A stretch of DNA of 63,143 bases, filler included, from Octopus bimaculoides (Eukaryota), in NCBI RefSeq assembly GCF_001194135.2. It is 3 parts of 3 records of this genome, joined end to end, with 100 filler letters (N's around TTAATTAATTAA, not from the genome) between each part and the next. Parts side by side here need not be neighbours in the genome. Positions count along the whole stretch, not along the records: positions 36,171 to 63,143 come from NC_069001.1; 2 more parts are not named here. One strand, written 5' to 3'. Each line of letters starts with the position of its first letter. The stretch's first letter is position 1. The translations under genes and the position numbers were made by a program. This document shows positions 39,650 through 53,115 of this stretch, one piece after another. The notes below the pieces were generated by a model. The model was not told where the DNA came from and did not search any database. It worked only from the letters and a program-made list of their open reading frames with translations.

Positions 39650-40000
39650 GTTCAGCGCCATCTTCATCTGAAATGAAATCTTTTTCGGACATCGTTAGGT
39701 AGAGGACAGCTTTTTCAACAGTTGACCTCAATGTACGGCCATTAGTGGTTTGCTTTTAACCAGAATCACGTCAGCAGGCTGTACAAACATTACTTTGCTC
39801 AACACTGTAAGGGGTTTTAACTTCCGGGATTGCATTTTAGCCAAGTCATCAACGGAGAGCTAGACGCCATGTTAGTTGCGATTTCTGGGTGACAGGTGAT
39901 GTATTTGAATGAGGTTGGAGAAATTGTAAGCAATAAGAATTAAAATGTTCTGCTGTTTCGAGGAATTGTGAGAAATGATTGAAAAGGAAATGACGTCAGA
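39650..40000 (-). promoter_or_regulatory. Promoter-like motif cluster (YY1 x2, ETS, CRE)
   Basis: CGCCATCTT 39656-39664, TCACGTCA 39766-39773, ACTTCCGG 39820-39827, CGCCATGTT 39865-39873 and TGACGTCA 39991-39998 in repeat-free, CpG-retaining sequence. Confidence 0.4.
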
Positions 40001-40710
40001 CGAGCTGTAGGTTGTTGTTGTTGCCAGCTGTAATCTGAAGACGTTTCACACTGGATCTAGTCACGCATAAAGTGTTGACATTATATCTCGGCAAAGACAA
40101 GATAAATAGTGCTTAAATTTCACAGCGCTACTTGCGCAGACATCAGCACACATACATGACGTCCATATCGAGATATCTGACACGCACGCACGCACGCATG
40201 CGCACACACACACATCATTATCATTATCGTTGTCGTCCTCGTCGTCATGAGGATGGTGATGATGATGATGACCATTACTTCATCATCATTTTCCCACGCG
40301 AAATATGATGATGATGATGATGATGATGGTAAGAGATCTACCACTCCCGAAGAAAGACCTTCATACAGGAAGATCCTTTCCCCCTGTGTGTGACACGTTC
40401 GATCCGAGGCGAGACTAAACCAGTGTAAAACTAATGGAATTATGTGAAAAAGGGAATTGAGGACTTAAGATGCAATGTTTGGTGACGAAGGAGTTGCATA
40501 GAGACCCGTTGTAAGGACGGAAATCGTTTCCTCAGAATTACAAGTAGGGCCAATCCAACAGACGAGGAACTGGTTGGCTTTGTGGCGATGGTCGTCACTT
40601 GATGTCCAGTTCTAGTGATAGGTTTCCATTGGTAGATGACATCTCTAGGTGGGTGTCTTTGTCGGATTGAGGTCGGTAAAGTATCCTGGGGCTATGCATT
40701 ATGTCGATCT

Positions 40711-40910
40711 ATTTTGTCTTCTACTGCGGTCATGCTGGGGCACAGCCTTTAAGAATTTTAGTCGAACGAATCGACCCTCAGTACTTTTGATTTCTTTCTT
40801 TTGTTTTTGTAAAGCCTGGTACTTATTCCGTCGGTTCTTTTGCCGAACCGCTAAGTTATGGGGACGTAAACACACCAAGACCCGTTTTCAATTGGTGGTT
40901 GGACACACAC
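40711..40910 (-). mobile_element. SINE family A, solo 3' module
   Basis: TCTTTTGCCGAACCGCTAAGTTATGGGGACGTAAACACACC. Confidence 0.85.
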
Positions 40911-40933
40911 ACAGACACACACACACACACAGA

Positions 40934-40985
<52 letters not shown>

Positions 40986-42066
40986 GTGAAGCTTAAGTTG
41001 GTTCTATTTTCAATATTGAGTCTCCATTAATAAATGTTCCGTTATTCTTAAACTCATTCTAAAATAGTATCCTTATTTAAAACACACATACACAAGCAAA
41101 CACACATGCACACGTACACATACACCCACACCCACACATGCACCCCCACCACACAAACACACACACAAAACACACACAGAATATGAATCATTAATCAAAT
41201 TTTATGTCTGCCCTTCATCGCTAAATAGTGACGCCCCTGTGTCGAAGCGATTCCTATATTAATATTCAGAGACCTTCTCAGCCCCGTCCTCTGCATCAAA
41301 TAATAACCACTGCGTTGTTGGCACGTTTTACAGCATGAAAGAGAAAACGCATTTCAGCAAGAGGATGAGGCAGAAAAAATATTTCGACTGTAATGGATTC
41401 ATACACATTCACACCTACCTACCTACCTACCTACCTACCTACCTACCTACCTACGCATACATATACATAGAAACGCACATCATACATAGAGTTATACATA
41501 CGCAGATGCATACATTCTTCCATACATATGCATACATATATAAACGTATATATAAATATATATGCATATGTGTGTGTGTGTATGAATTTATGCATGTACA
41601 TGTACATATACCTTTATATAAACAAGTGTACATATATAAATGCGCATACATTCACATATATATATGTATGCATATATATATGCATATATATATATATGTA
41701 TGTATGTATGTACATACACATACATACATACATACATACATACATACATACACATATATATATATATATAATATATATAGACATATATATGCATATATAT
41801 ATGTATATATATCTCTCTCTCTATGTGTATACCCATAGATACATGCAAAAATACGCACGCATACATGTATATATGTCTGTGTGTATATATATGCGCATGT
41901 GTACGTGCAAATATATATTTATACATAAATACATATATAAATGTAGATGGATAGATAGATGGATAAATCGAAGGATATATAAAATAGTTTTATAAAGAGA
42001 TTGAATAGATCGAAAGATAGATAAATAGCTGGTTATCCAGCTCTTTAGCTACACACACACATATAC

Positions 42067-42116
<50 letters not shown>

Positions 42117-44172
42117 GCGTGCATAGATAAACGCATAGATAGCTCTATAGACAAATAAATAGATAGGCTATTCTGTAGATAGATAAAGAGATAAACAGCG
42201 GTATCGATAGATGAAGAGATAGATACCTAGTAATATGAATAGTTAAGATGTTGGACATATAATGTAATAAGTAATGGAGATATCACCTGGGTTTCTTAGA
42301 AAATAGATAAAGAAGACAAAAAGAAGTTGCATGGTGACTGTTCAGCCACATTTTGGTGGAAATGTCAAACTCCATTTGGAGATCGGTGTTAATATCTTAG
42401 CAACACATAATATATTATTCAAAGAACGTGTGAGAACGAAACAGCCAGTTTCAGCCATTGCCATATTTTACTTCCTTTTCTATGAAATAAATATAAAAAA
42501 TGGAAAAAAATTAATATAATGACACCGTGGAAATATCTTTGTCACAAACTGTGAATCATTTTCTCACCTTTTAGAGAATATCATTCTATTGCGATGTCAG
42601 TATTTTGTCATATGACTCGTCATGTCTCTGGATCTCTCACACACCGTTTATACCGTATTCTTCATTTCAAAATATGTTGGTGTTTACTGGAAATATCCCG
42701 ATCCACATATTTCTTAAGGACCGCCATGAGTGAAGGCCACTCGAGAGTTTTCCCAGATTCTACTTCACAGCTGACAATAGAGAACACAATCATGTTGTCG
42801 AGCCTATCTGAAATCAATATTTCAGGTTCGACTCTCGTTGGGACCACACTCACCAGATTTTATAATCTTTCCTTCACAGGATATCTGCCCCGTGGTTTAC
42901 CTTTTCGCCTCATGTTATTCCTGCAGCCATCCACGTGCAGTAGTGATACAAAAACATATACGACCGCATTAACCGTTATTTAATATTATTTAATCACGGC
43001 ATTAAATATTTACAAATACAGGTATGTCAAATACCATACAACATAAATCACTGATTTATTAAAATTATCTCCACTTGTGTTGAATGTATCATAATTACCA
43101 AATGACAAAACATATATTCTTATATATACCTATTCATAGATATATACCCATATATATATACCTATATATATATATGTATATGGGTATATATAAGGACATA
43201 TATGCAAAAATGACATACATTTATCATATATATGTATATATATATATATATATATATTTAGACGCACATTTATATATGAATGCGTGTGTGTATATCTATG
43301 TGTGTTTATAAATACACAGACATACATAGCTATATTCATACACGCACGAATATTGTATGCGTACATATATTTATATTTGTCTGTATATATACTACCTACC
43401 TACTTACCTACCTACCTGCCTGCCTGCCTGCCTACCTACACACACACACACACAGACACTAATACACACATATATATATATATGCATATATGCATATGTA
43501 TATATATATGTATGTATATGTGTTTGTTTATTTATGTATGTATACACATCTATAGATACATACAAATGTATATTAACCGTGAGATAGATTAGACCACTTT
43601 ACTAAAGTTAGCGATTGAGTGTGTGAAAGAGTGAGAGAGAGAGAGAGAGAAAGAAAGGGAGAGAGGGGGAGTGAGAGGGAGAGATAGGGAGATCGTGAAA
43701 GGGAGAGAGAGGGGGGAAGGGAATGAGGATGAGAGAGATAGCATGAGAATGAGAAAGAGGGAAATGTGGAGAGAGAAAAAGAGAGGAGTTAGATATGCGC
43801 ACACACACACACACACACGAAGAAGCGCATGCGCGCGTGTGTGTGCGGCAGTGACATGCACTTCACGAAATCATGCTGCCAGAGAAGCAGCATCAATTTA
43901 CCATTCTGCAGCAGCAACTTGTAGAGTCTTTTGTTTGAAAGACAGGAAGGAATTGTTGAGAATCTCTTCATGAGGTCTTTGTATTGAGGTGAGAGGGGAG
44001 ATTGCGTGATGTTGAGTCACGATTAGTGGAGGCTGCCATGGCACCGATGTTCGGCTGTGGAGATCAGACTGGAATAGATTAAGGAGGGGTGGGCATGGAG
44101 AACGTTTATGAGGGTGGAGGTTTGTGGGAGCGTGGTCATGGCGGTGGAAATTAGCAGCGGTAACTGAATGAC

Positions 44173-44207
<35 letters not shown>

Positions 44208-44388
44208 CGATGACGACGACGNNNNNNNNNNNNNNNNNNNNNNNNNNNNNNNNNNNNNNNNNNNNNNNNNNNNNNNNNNNNNNNNNNNNNNNNNNNNNNN
44301 NNNNNNNNNNNNNNNNNNNNNNNNNNNNNNNNNNNGTTTGTGGGAGCGTGGTCATGGCGGTGGAAATTAGCAGCGGTAACTGAATGAC

Positions 44389-44423
<35 letters not shown>

Positions 44424-44876
44424 CGATGACGACGACGACGACGACGACGACGACGCCGCTGTTGAAGTTGACTACGAAGATGGTAGCGATGATAATTGTG
44501 ATGATGATGGTGATAATAATGACGGTGATGGTGATAATGGTGATGATGATGATGATGCTGATGATGATGCCGCCGCTGCTGAAATTGATGATGAAGATGA
44601 CGGTGATGAGGATTGAGACAGTGATGAAGAAAAGGAAGAGTGAGGGGGTTAGAATAAGGTAAGGAGGAATTTCGAAGCAGACGCACAACAAAACAACAAC
44701 GTCGTTGTTGTGATGACAGCGACGATAACGATGACGACGGTGGCGATGACGACGACGACGGCGATGATGACGATAATGATGATTATGAGGAGGATTAAAT
44801 GCAGGAGAAGCGGAGTTAAGCTGAAAGCAGACGCCATACACTCTTGGCACCAGCTTATCGGATGCGCGTACGCTTA

Positions 44877-44915
<39 letters not shown>

Positions 44916-44977
44916 GCCCCCATATATATATATGTTTTCAAAGGCGAAAAGGCGAATAAGCTTCGACAGCTAGCAAG

Positions 44978-45145
44978 CTATGCTACTCCCGACTGATGAT
45001 GAGCAATGACTCTGAAACTAGTCTCTGGATGCTGGCTTTGCTGGATAGAGGTGCTTATCTCCCCTCTTTGAAAACATAAGGACACAGAAAATGTGTCATG
45101 GCCAACTGGAAACGGTGTTTCCTAGGGCTAAATAGCAGTAGCATT
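44978..45145 (+). mobile_element. Short repeat fragment carrying a hammerhead fold (pseudo-LTR-like)
   Basis: Hammerhead at 44987-45029 followed by non-repetitive sequence; boundaries inferred. Confidence 0.45.
44987..45029 (+). ncRNA. Minimal type I hammerhead fold with palindromic stem III
   Basis: TCCCGA-CTGATGA(44993-44999)-T-GAG-CAATGA-CTC-T-GAAA-CTAG-TC-TCTGGA; ACTAGT palindrome, GUC site, stem I 5 of 6 paired. Confidence 0.65.
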
Positions 45146-45356
45146 CATCCCTTCATAAGAGTTTTGACTGTTATTTCCAGCAGGTAGACGTACTTAGTAT
45201 GTCCTTTGATTAATTTTAATCCTTCAGTTATGTCGGACGAATGAGTGAGAGTTGCTCCAATACTTGTCGAATACCTGACTTCATTTTGGTGTAACGGAAA
45301 GTCACAGTAACGTGAAACTCCAGTCACGCGTCAAGCTTTCAGTTTCAGTCTGTCTG

Positions 45357-45433
<77 letters not shown>

Positions 45434-46120
45434 GTATGTACCTATATATAATGTATATATGGTTATGTATATATATGTGTGTGTGCGTGTGTTTGCGTGT
45501 GTTTGCGTGTATCTATACCTTTATTTTAACATTCCACAAGGGATTTTCTAAGTTCTATGATTATTTCGGATTTTGTCTCCCAATCATCTCTCTTTAGAAT
45601 TCTCTTGAAGCAATCTCTTGTGACTTGTCTCCCTTTGAAGCAGTATCTTTACCTCTCACGTCGCTATTCTAAGTTAGAAATGTCAAAAAAATATTAGTTA
45701 TTTACTTTAGCCTAACTTTTAACGAAGTCGTGGGTAACATCGTCATTTAAAAAAACATTGCTTGATAGTTAAACATTCTGTGCTAGAAATAGCAGTCAGT
45801 TAACATATTAAGAAATGCATATGATGGAAGTTCCGTTTCTATTTTCTAACATTACACAAAGTTTAGATCAGTTCAAATGTGTTTGCGACATATTTGACCA
45901 GAAAAGAAGCGATGGAGAAAAGTTGTCGCTTCAGTTCAAAGCGTCCCTCCCCTATGGTAAATAGACTTCGAGCTTCTTTGCACTCCCCCAGTATCAGATG
46001 CCAAGCGAGGTAACTTTGAACTAACTTGAAGACTTAGCAACCTTATAAGAAATCATAAAAAACTATTTACTGATTTACTGATTCTGTATGTTTCCAACAT
46101 TAATGCATATATACACACAC

Positions 46121-46165
<45 letters not shown>

Positions 46166-46221
46166 AAGCTGCAGACTATATAAATGACTGAGAGCGAGAG
46201 AGCCGAAGAGAGAGAGAGAGA

Positions 46222-46387
<166 letters not shown>

Positions 46388-46656
46388 TCGGAAAAGATTC
46401 CCAGAAATTTATACCCTCACGTATTCCATCTTGTTATTCATTGTGACGTCAGGGAATTGTGGTCCGTTTTGTCATAGAGATATTGTTCGTATTCTCATTT
46501 TTGTGTGAAAATGTGAGGAGGTACACACACACACACGCGCACACACACACATACGTGCGTGCGCGCCCAAGCATACCCCCGCATAAGCCGGTGTATTCAC
46601 ATACATATAGAGTCACTGACATTACAACATACATATATGCGTATATATATATATTT

Positions 46657-46699
<43 letters not shown>

Positions 46700-46866
46700 T
46701 ACATATATATATAAACATACATATATATACATATATATATACATACATATATATATACATACATATATATATACATACATATATATATACATACATATAT
46801 ATATACATACATATATATATACATACATATATATATACATATATATATATATACATATATATATAC

Positions 46867-46897
<31 letters not shown>

Positions 46898-47064
46898 CAT
46901 ACATATATATATACATACATATATATATACACATATATATATACATACATATATATATATATATTCACATACATGTATATAATTTAAACACATATACATA
47001 TACACATACACACACACATATAAATATATTGAATACATTCATGATGCACAGACAACCATCTACC

Positions 47065-47107
<43 letters not shown>

Positions 47108-47494
47108 ATTTCTCTCTCTCTCTCTCTCTCTATCTATCTTTTCTCATATACGTATATATGTACGTATTTTCCCCGTATATATGTGTGTGTATACGCGCGT
47201 GCGTGTGTTAGTGTATGTATGTGTTTGTGCATGTGTGCGCGCGCGTGTGTTTATTGCTGGTCATTTCAGAAAAAAAAAGGAATTTCGTGACAAATCATTG
47301 AATCAGAAACTGTGGAGTTAAACTAGCAAAAAACAAACAAAAACAGAAAAAAAAACTGCAGGAAATAATGTCTAGAATTCTCCACTAAAGGGGGAGGAGG
47401 AGGAAGAGGCGGAGAAAAAAAAAGAAAAAAGCTAAGAAATACGGAAATAAACGAATAGAAAAAGCGACAAATATTTTGGGTGAGAAGAGACAGA

Positions 47495-48553
47495 ATGGAA
47501 ATTTATGATTTAAGAAAGAAAAATGGTTATTCTGTTTATAATTGTTTAGGTAAGGAGAAGGGATGCGGGAAGAATCCCGAAGATCCTTCAATCTTGATCG
47601 ATCTTTGCCATGCCTTTGATGCCAACGAATTCCAAATGTCACCCAATATAAAATTATCGAATCGTGAAAAGAGCTTCATGTTTCGGTCGAGAGATGTCGC
47701 TGATGCTGATGATAAGATAATGGGTATGTGCATGGATGTGAAAGACTCGATTCGTATCCAAATGAATTCTGGACCTGCAGAGGAATATCAACATGCATTT
47801 GATCGAGGCTTGAACTCGGCACCGAGGATGAGGGTTGAGATACCAGGAACCATCGAACATTTGAAGAAATATAACGTTGTTGCGAATTTAAAAGGCAGAA
47901 ATAATGAACGGAGATATTTTACCGAAGTTGTTGATCCGTTTAATAAACGAGAGGCTTTTAACGAAAGGGATTTTAATTACCCACAAGTATTTGGTCACGG
48001 CCTATACGACTTTTATTATCACCATCTTTACCATAATCACTCTCATTCTTCTTGTCATAAACTCTCTAATCCGCATTGTCATTTTCACGAAGCCGGCGCT
48101 CATAAAGTGGGCTTTTCAACTTGTAAATCAAAAACGGTTGAAAAGCAAATAAAAACCGGTGTAAAAAAAGAGGAGGTCGAAACCGGAAGTAGAAAGAACC
48201 ATGACGACAATTGGCATCGGGAAAGATCTTCCTTAAAATGTCGTAAACATTGCTTGATGTCACAGAGTAAAGCAAGGAATTCCGTCTTTTATCAGTCACC
48301 AAACATGGAAGATGAAAACTCGACGAAGATACAAGAAAGCCGCAAACACCCATTGTCTTCAGAGAAATCCATTTCTTTTAAGAAAAACCAAACAAAATCA
48401 GAAAATAGAACTGAGAAAATTCTTAACTTTATTAATTCTTGTCTTCCATTAATTGCAGCCAGACAAGAAGCTCTGGTCTTTATTACATTTTGCTTTGTCG
48501 CCATTTTACTGTTTTTGATGAGAGCCACAGTATGGAACTGTAAACAGACATAG
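47495..48553 (+). CDS. Intronless 352-aa hypothetical protein with His-rich middle and C-terminal hydrophobic helix (predicted tail-anchored); no family recognised
   Basis: The only long non-repetitive ORF; ATG in strong Kozak context (CAGAATGG), in-frame stop upstream at 47456, TAG at 48551-48553, AATAAA at 48734; C-terminus ALVFITFCFVAILLFLM-RATVWNCKQT. Confidence 0.75.
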   Translation: MEIYDLRKKNGYSVYNCLGKEKGCGKNPEDPSILIDLCHAFDANEFQMSPNIKLSNREKSFMFRSRDVADADDKIMGMCMDVKDSIRIQMNSGPAEEYQHAFDRGLNSAPRMRVEIPGTIEHLKKYNVVANLKGRNNERRYFTEVVDPFNKREAFNERDFNYPQVFGHGLYDFYYHHLYHNHSHSSCHKLSNPHCHFHEAGAHKVGFSTCKSKTVEKQIKTGVKKEEVETGSRKNHDDNWHRERSSLKCRKHCLMSQSKARNSVFYQSPNMEDENSTKIQESRKHPLSSEKSISFKKNQTKSENRTEKILNFINSCLPLIAARQEALVFITFCFVAILLFLMRATVWNCKQT

Positions 48554-50737
48554 CTCACTTAATGTATCCATACACATACATACATAATGCATACATACAT
48601 ACATACATACATACATACATGCAAAACACACACACACATATACATACACATATATGCACGCCATCATATGTCGAAGCAAAATATCCTTTCTTAACACATT
48701 GTGTTGTATGTACGAAAGGGCTCTCGAGACAATAATAAATCATTATTAATATTATTATCTTCCGATTGAATTGCATTTTATTTTATCCTCTCACCTGAGG
48801 CCACGTATATATTAGCTGGAAAGAAACTTCCTGAGAATGTAGGCGGTTGGTGTCAGCACAATATTTTGTATTCCAATCCCAAACTTCTCCAATCTTGATT
48901 TCATTTTCTTCTTTATTCTACCAACAACACGCACAATCCGTGATCCTATTCCATAACAAAACTGAAAAACACATTCCGGTCAGATCTTCATTAACTTTGA
49001 AAATATCTTCCCCAATTATCTGCCAACATGGTAATGTTCTGTAGCTGTATTTCTTTAATTAAAAAGTATGTCCACTGTTATATTTGGTCTTCGCACCTCA
49101 CCGCCAACCAATCAAAATGAATCTATTTCATTGTAAAAACTCTCAGCTGAGAATGTCTTCATTCCAATAATTAGCTACTCATTTTTCTTTGTTATTTGTA
49201 GAAAATAAACTGCAGGTGTGAATCGTAAAAGACTGCGACGTCCAGTGTTTATTATTTCTGAAAATGTCTCTGTAATTGTCCAAGCCTCATTAAAATAGAA
49301 CAGAACATGTTTCAATAAAAAGCAGTTAATTCTATCTGTGAGTTAAATAACTTCAAGAAATGTAAGTTCTATGGCATGTTATTAATTGGCATGTTTGGTT
49401 ATAAATATTTCTGTTGTTTTCCCTTTCACACTCAGTAACAAAAGTCTATGACGGCATAAATTCGAGCTCTTCAGATGGTATAAATATGACTGTGCAAATC
49501 ACTTAACTACTTTAATTCACTGAATTTAAATTCCTCTTTTCAAATGTGGTGGTCTTTCAACTATCAAGGTTTGTCACTTAATATTGCAGCGTCACCAGCA
49601 AAGGTCAATCCAGAGTGATTTTGTTACAAAAGGAAATTGACCGGCTTGCGGTCTTCTGAGAGCACATTCACCTTTCACACGCACACACACGCACACACAC
49701 ACGCATCACACACACAGGCGCACACACAAAATTTCGTCTGACGAACTTTTATCTAATCGAGCAACAGCAGCAGCAGCAGCGTTTTCCAAAACCAGATCCA
49801 CTTGATTTTTCCTCTTTAATTTCTTTTTATTGATCAGTTCATTAATTATTTTAAGTGCACTAATTAAATCCTCATTAATTGAAGTCATTGGAACTTCTAA
49901 TATATTTCAAAACTATCAACGTCTCTTCACTACAAGTCGTCCGAAAACCGATTTATCTCGACTCCCCACCAGACATCAACACAATATGCTACCCCACCGC
50001 GCCATATATTTTGGTCCCATTGGCACTTCAAGTCGTTTGACTATCAGGTTTCCGCCAGCTTTTGCCTCTGCCGGGCAGGAGATAGGCCACCCCCTAGAAC
50101 CGTCAGAAACAGTTAAATGGAAAACATCCTGTTATGTATGTCCTTTGCTATCACACACAACCAAAACGCATCGCTCCGACGTCTTCTAAATGATTCCTTA
50201 AAAGCTGTACTGCATACAGTCATTTTCACAAACATACATATAAACATTACTTCATGCCTCTTTCCCCGCCGCCCTTCACCCATCAATCCATGCATGCATC
50301 CATCCATCCATCCATCCATCCATCCATCCATCCATCCATATAATAGTATTATTGTATATATATATATATATGAATGGATTGATGGATGAACAGAGACTGA
50401 TTACCTGTCTCCGATCATGAAGTGAACCACTCAAAATAGTTGAAGTAAAAGCAAACAAACTCTATCTTACGATGTTCTACTTTTAATGTTTGCTTTATAT
50501 TTTATGCCTGGAATTATGCAACCGTTTTAATGTCTGTCTGTGTGTCTGTATATAAATCAGTCGATCAAAGTAAACTAACATAAAAACTCTATTCATTTGA
50601 GTAGAATACACAGTTTGCAGAAGGCGAAAAGGTCGAAACCTCGAAGTAACTGTTATAAAGTAAATAAAAATGTATATATATATAGGTCTTCCTAGCCATA
50701 GATGTAATTGTGGGTAGTCTACCTCTTAAACTACTGG

Positions 50738-50774
<37 letters not shown>

Positions 50775-50868
50775 GTATGTATTAAGATAAAACTTACTTG
50801 GAAAAGGATGCGTGGCGTTCGATCATATAATAATATATATTATGTATATATATATGTGTACATATACA

Positions 50869-50903
<35 letters not shown>

Positions 50904-51539
50904 GTGTGCGTGTGTGCGTGCGCGCCTCCGTTTATGATGACGTGCGAGTTCTGTGCGTGTGTTGTCCGAATTTCTACGTTTGTAGAGCTGCGAAATTCGT
51001 CTTGCATGGTGCCATAAAATACATGCAAGGAGCAGAAGTGTCGTGTCGTCTTAATGGCACTTATATTTTCTCTTTCGCTCTTAATATCCTTTAACACCAT
51101 TGTAAAAGGAGTTTCACCCGAAATATCACGGCCAATTAAATACTTCTAAGGTAACAGTTTCAATATCTTTCTTATTTTTATTTATCATGTTTAATATTCA
51201 ATGATTAAAACCAATGATAGGTCTAAATTGTTATACTAATAGAAATTGATTTTCTCTCTTTACCTCTTTAGTTCTCATACCTTCGTGAAAGGATTTTTAC
51301 ACCCGAAATTTCAGGATCATTAATTATAGCCGAGCTAAAAATTCAATATCTTCGTTTTTGTCCACATTGATATTTTATTTTCTCACTGTATTGCTGTTGC
51401 CTGTTATCACTCCGTTTCGTTTTATATATTCATAGCATTCCAAGCAAACTATCAGCTCTTATGTGTGCGCGTGCGCACTTGCGCGTGTATGTGCTTGTAT
51501 GTATGTATATACTCATCACTTTCCTTTTTCTTATTTCTT

Positions 51540-51617
<78 letters not shown>

Positions 51618-51998
51618 CATATACGCTTATCAGCACACACATAATTCTCTAGGTATATTTCAATCGATGTATGCATTTGCGCGCGCATGTGTGTGTGTAG
51701 TGTGTGTGTGTGTGTGTGTGGGGGGAACATATGTGCAGTATAAAAGCGGCAAGCCAATGCCCGCTCTACTTATTTATAGATAACTGTTAGGATTTAATGC
51801 ACTTTCACACAACTTGTATGTTCCCCCATTACGGTCTCCGATCTTTCACACTTCACGAGTTCTCTTTTATACTTTACACTCTATCGCAGATAGCATCCGT
51901 TAGCAGGGGTTTTGTACAAACATACACACACACACGCATACATACATACATACATACATACATGCGTGTACACATACGTATATATATGCACAAGTATG

Positions 51999-52055
<57 letters not shown>

Positions 52056-52840
52056 GCATATAATTACCCTCTGCTAATACTGCACAGACCTGCTATTTCA
52101 CAAGTTAATAATAGACATATAACATTACAATTTGGTTTTAATTCATTATTCAACGAAACCACTTAAACCCTATATTTAGGAAATGTTCATCGAGAAAAGC
52201 TTTGGAGGAGGGAGTCTTTCCAAAATGGAGGGAAAATGGTTCATTGAGAAAGAAATCCTTTCTACAGAGAGAAACGAAGATTCTGTAAATGGAATTTTTT
52301 CTAGATTATTAGGAATTCTCAATGAATTTCTCTGCGCAGCTCTATACAAACTCTTTTCTGTCTTCTCTATCTATCTATCTATCTATCTATCTAACTATCT
52401 ATCTATCGATATATGAACTTATACATACATATATGTGTGCGTGCATGTATACACACACATATTCATGATAGTTTTATATATATATATACACCCCCGCACA
52501 CACCTATATAAAACAATGCCTCACTGTGGGTAGAACTAGAAGGTAAACAAGCATTCTTTACCATTGATGTGTGGAAAAAGGGAGTAGGGTCTCACCTGAT
52601 GGAACCGTAATTGGTCCTCACAGATGTCATTCCTGGGTTCCTCTCCTCTATCGGCAACAAAGATCAGCCGCTTATAAAGTGGTCATAGATTAGGTTAGCA
52701 CAGTAGTGGATAGTCTAATTTGCATATTTGACGTCTCTTCATTAATTAACAATATTTATTTTATACATAGAACAGCGAAAATCAGAAAAAACAGAAATAA
52801 ATTTAAACATTAGAATGTTTCAGTGAGGATAAAACAGACT

Positions 52841-52884
<44 letters not shown>

Positions 52885-53054
52885 NNNNNNNNNNNNNNNN
52901 NNNNNNNNNNNNNNNNNNNNNNNNNNNNNNNNNNNNNNNNNNNNNNNNNNNNNNNNNNNNNNNNNNNNNNNNNNNNNNNNNNNNNNNNNNNNNNNNNNNN
53001 NNNNNNNNNNNNNNNNNNNNNNNNNNNNNNNNNNNNNNNNNNNNNNNNNNNNNN

Positions 53055-53115
<61 letters not shown>

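Noticed and set aside
42594-42983. 129-aa ORF and minus-strand GT-AG pair resembling a short intron
   Set aside because: No homology recognised, and the flanking exon frames hit stops; insufficient support
44120-44440. Apparent direct duplication around the 44222-44335 gap
   Set aside because: Identical sequence on both sides of a gap at a (GAT)n tract indicates unmerged overlapping contig ends
44384-44616. Plus-strand poly-Asp reading that looks like an acidic biomineral protein
   Set aside because: Bounded by an in-frame stop just upstream, with no start or acceptor; explained by (GAT)n drift
45560-45800. Possible Helitron-like 3' end (GAAGTCGTGGGTAACA...CTAG)
   Set aside because: No clear subterminal hairpin or second copy in the window; cannot be supported
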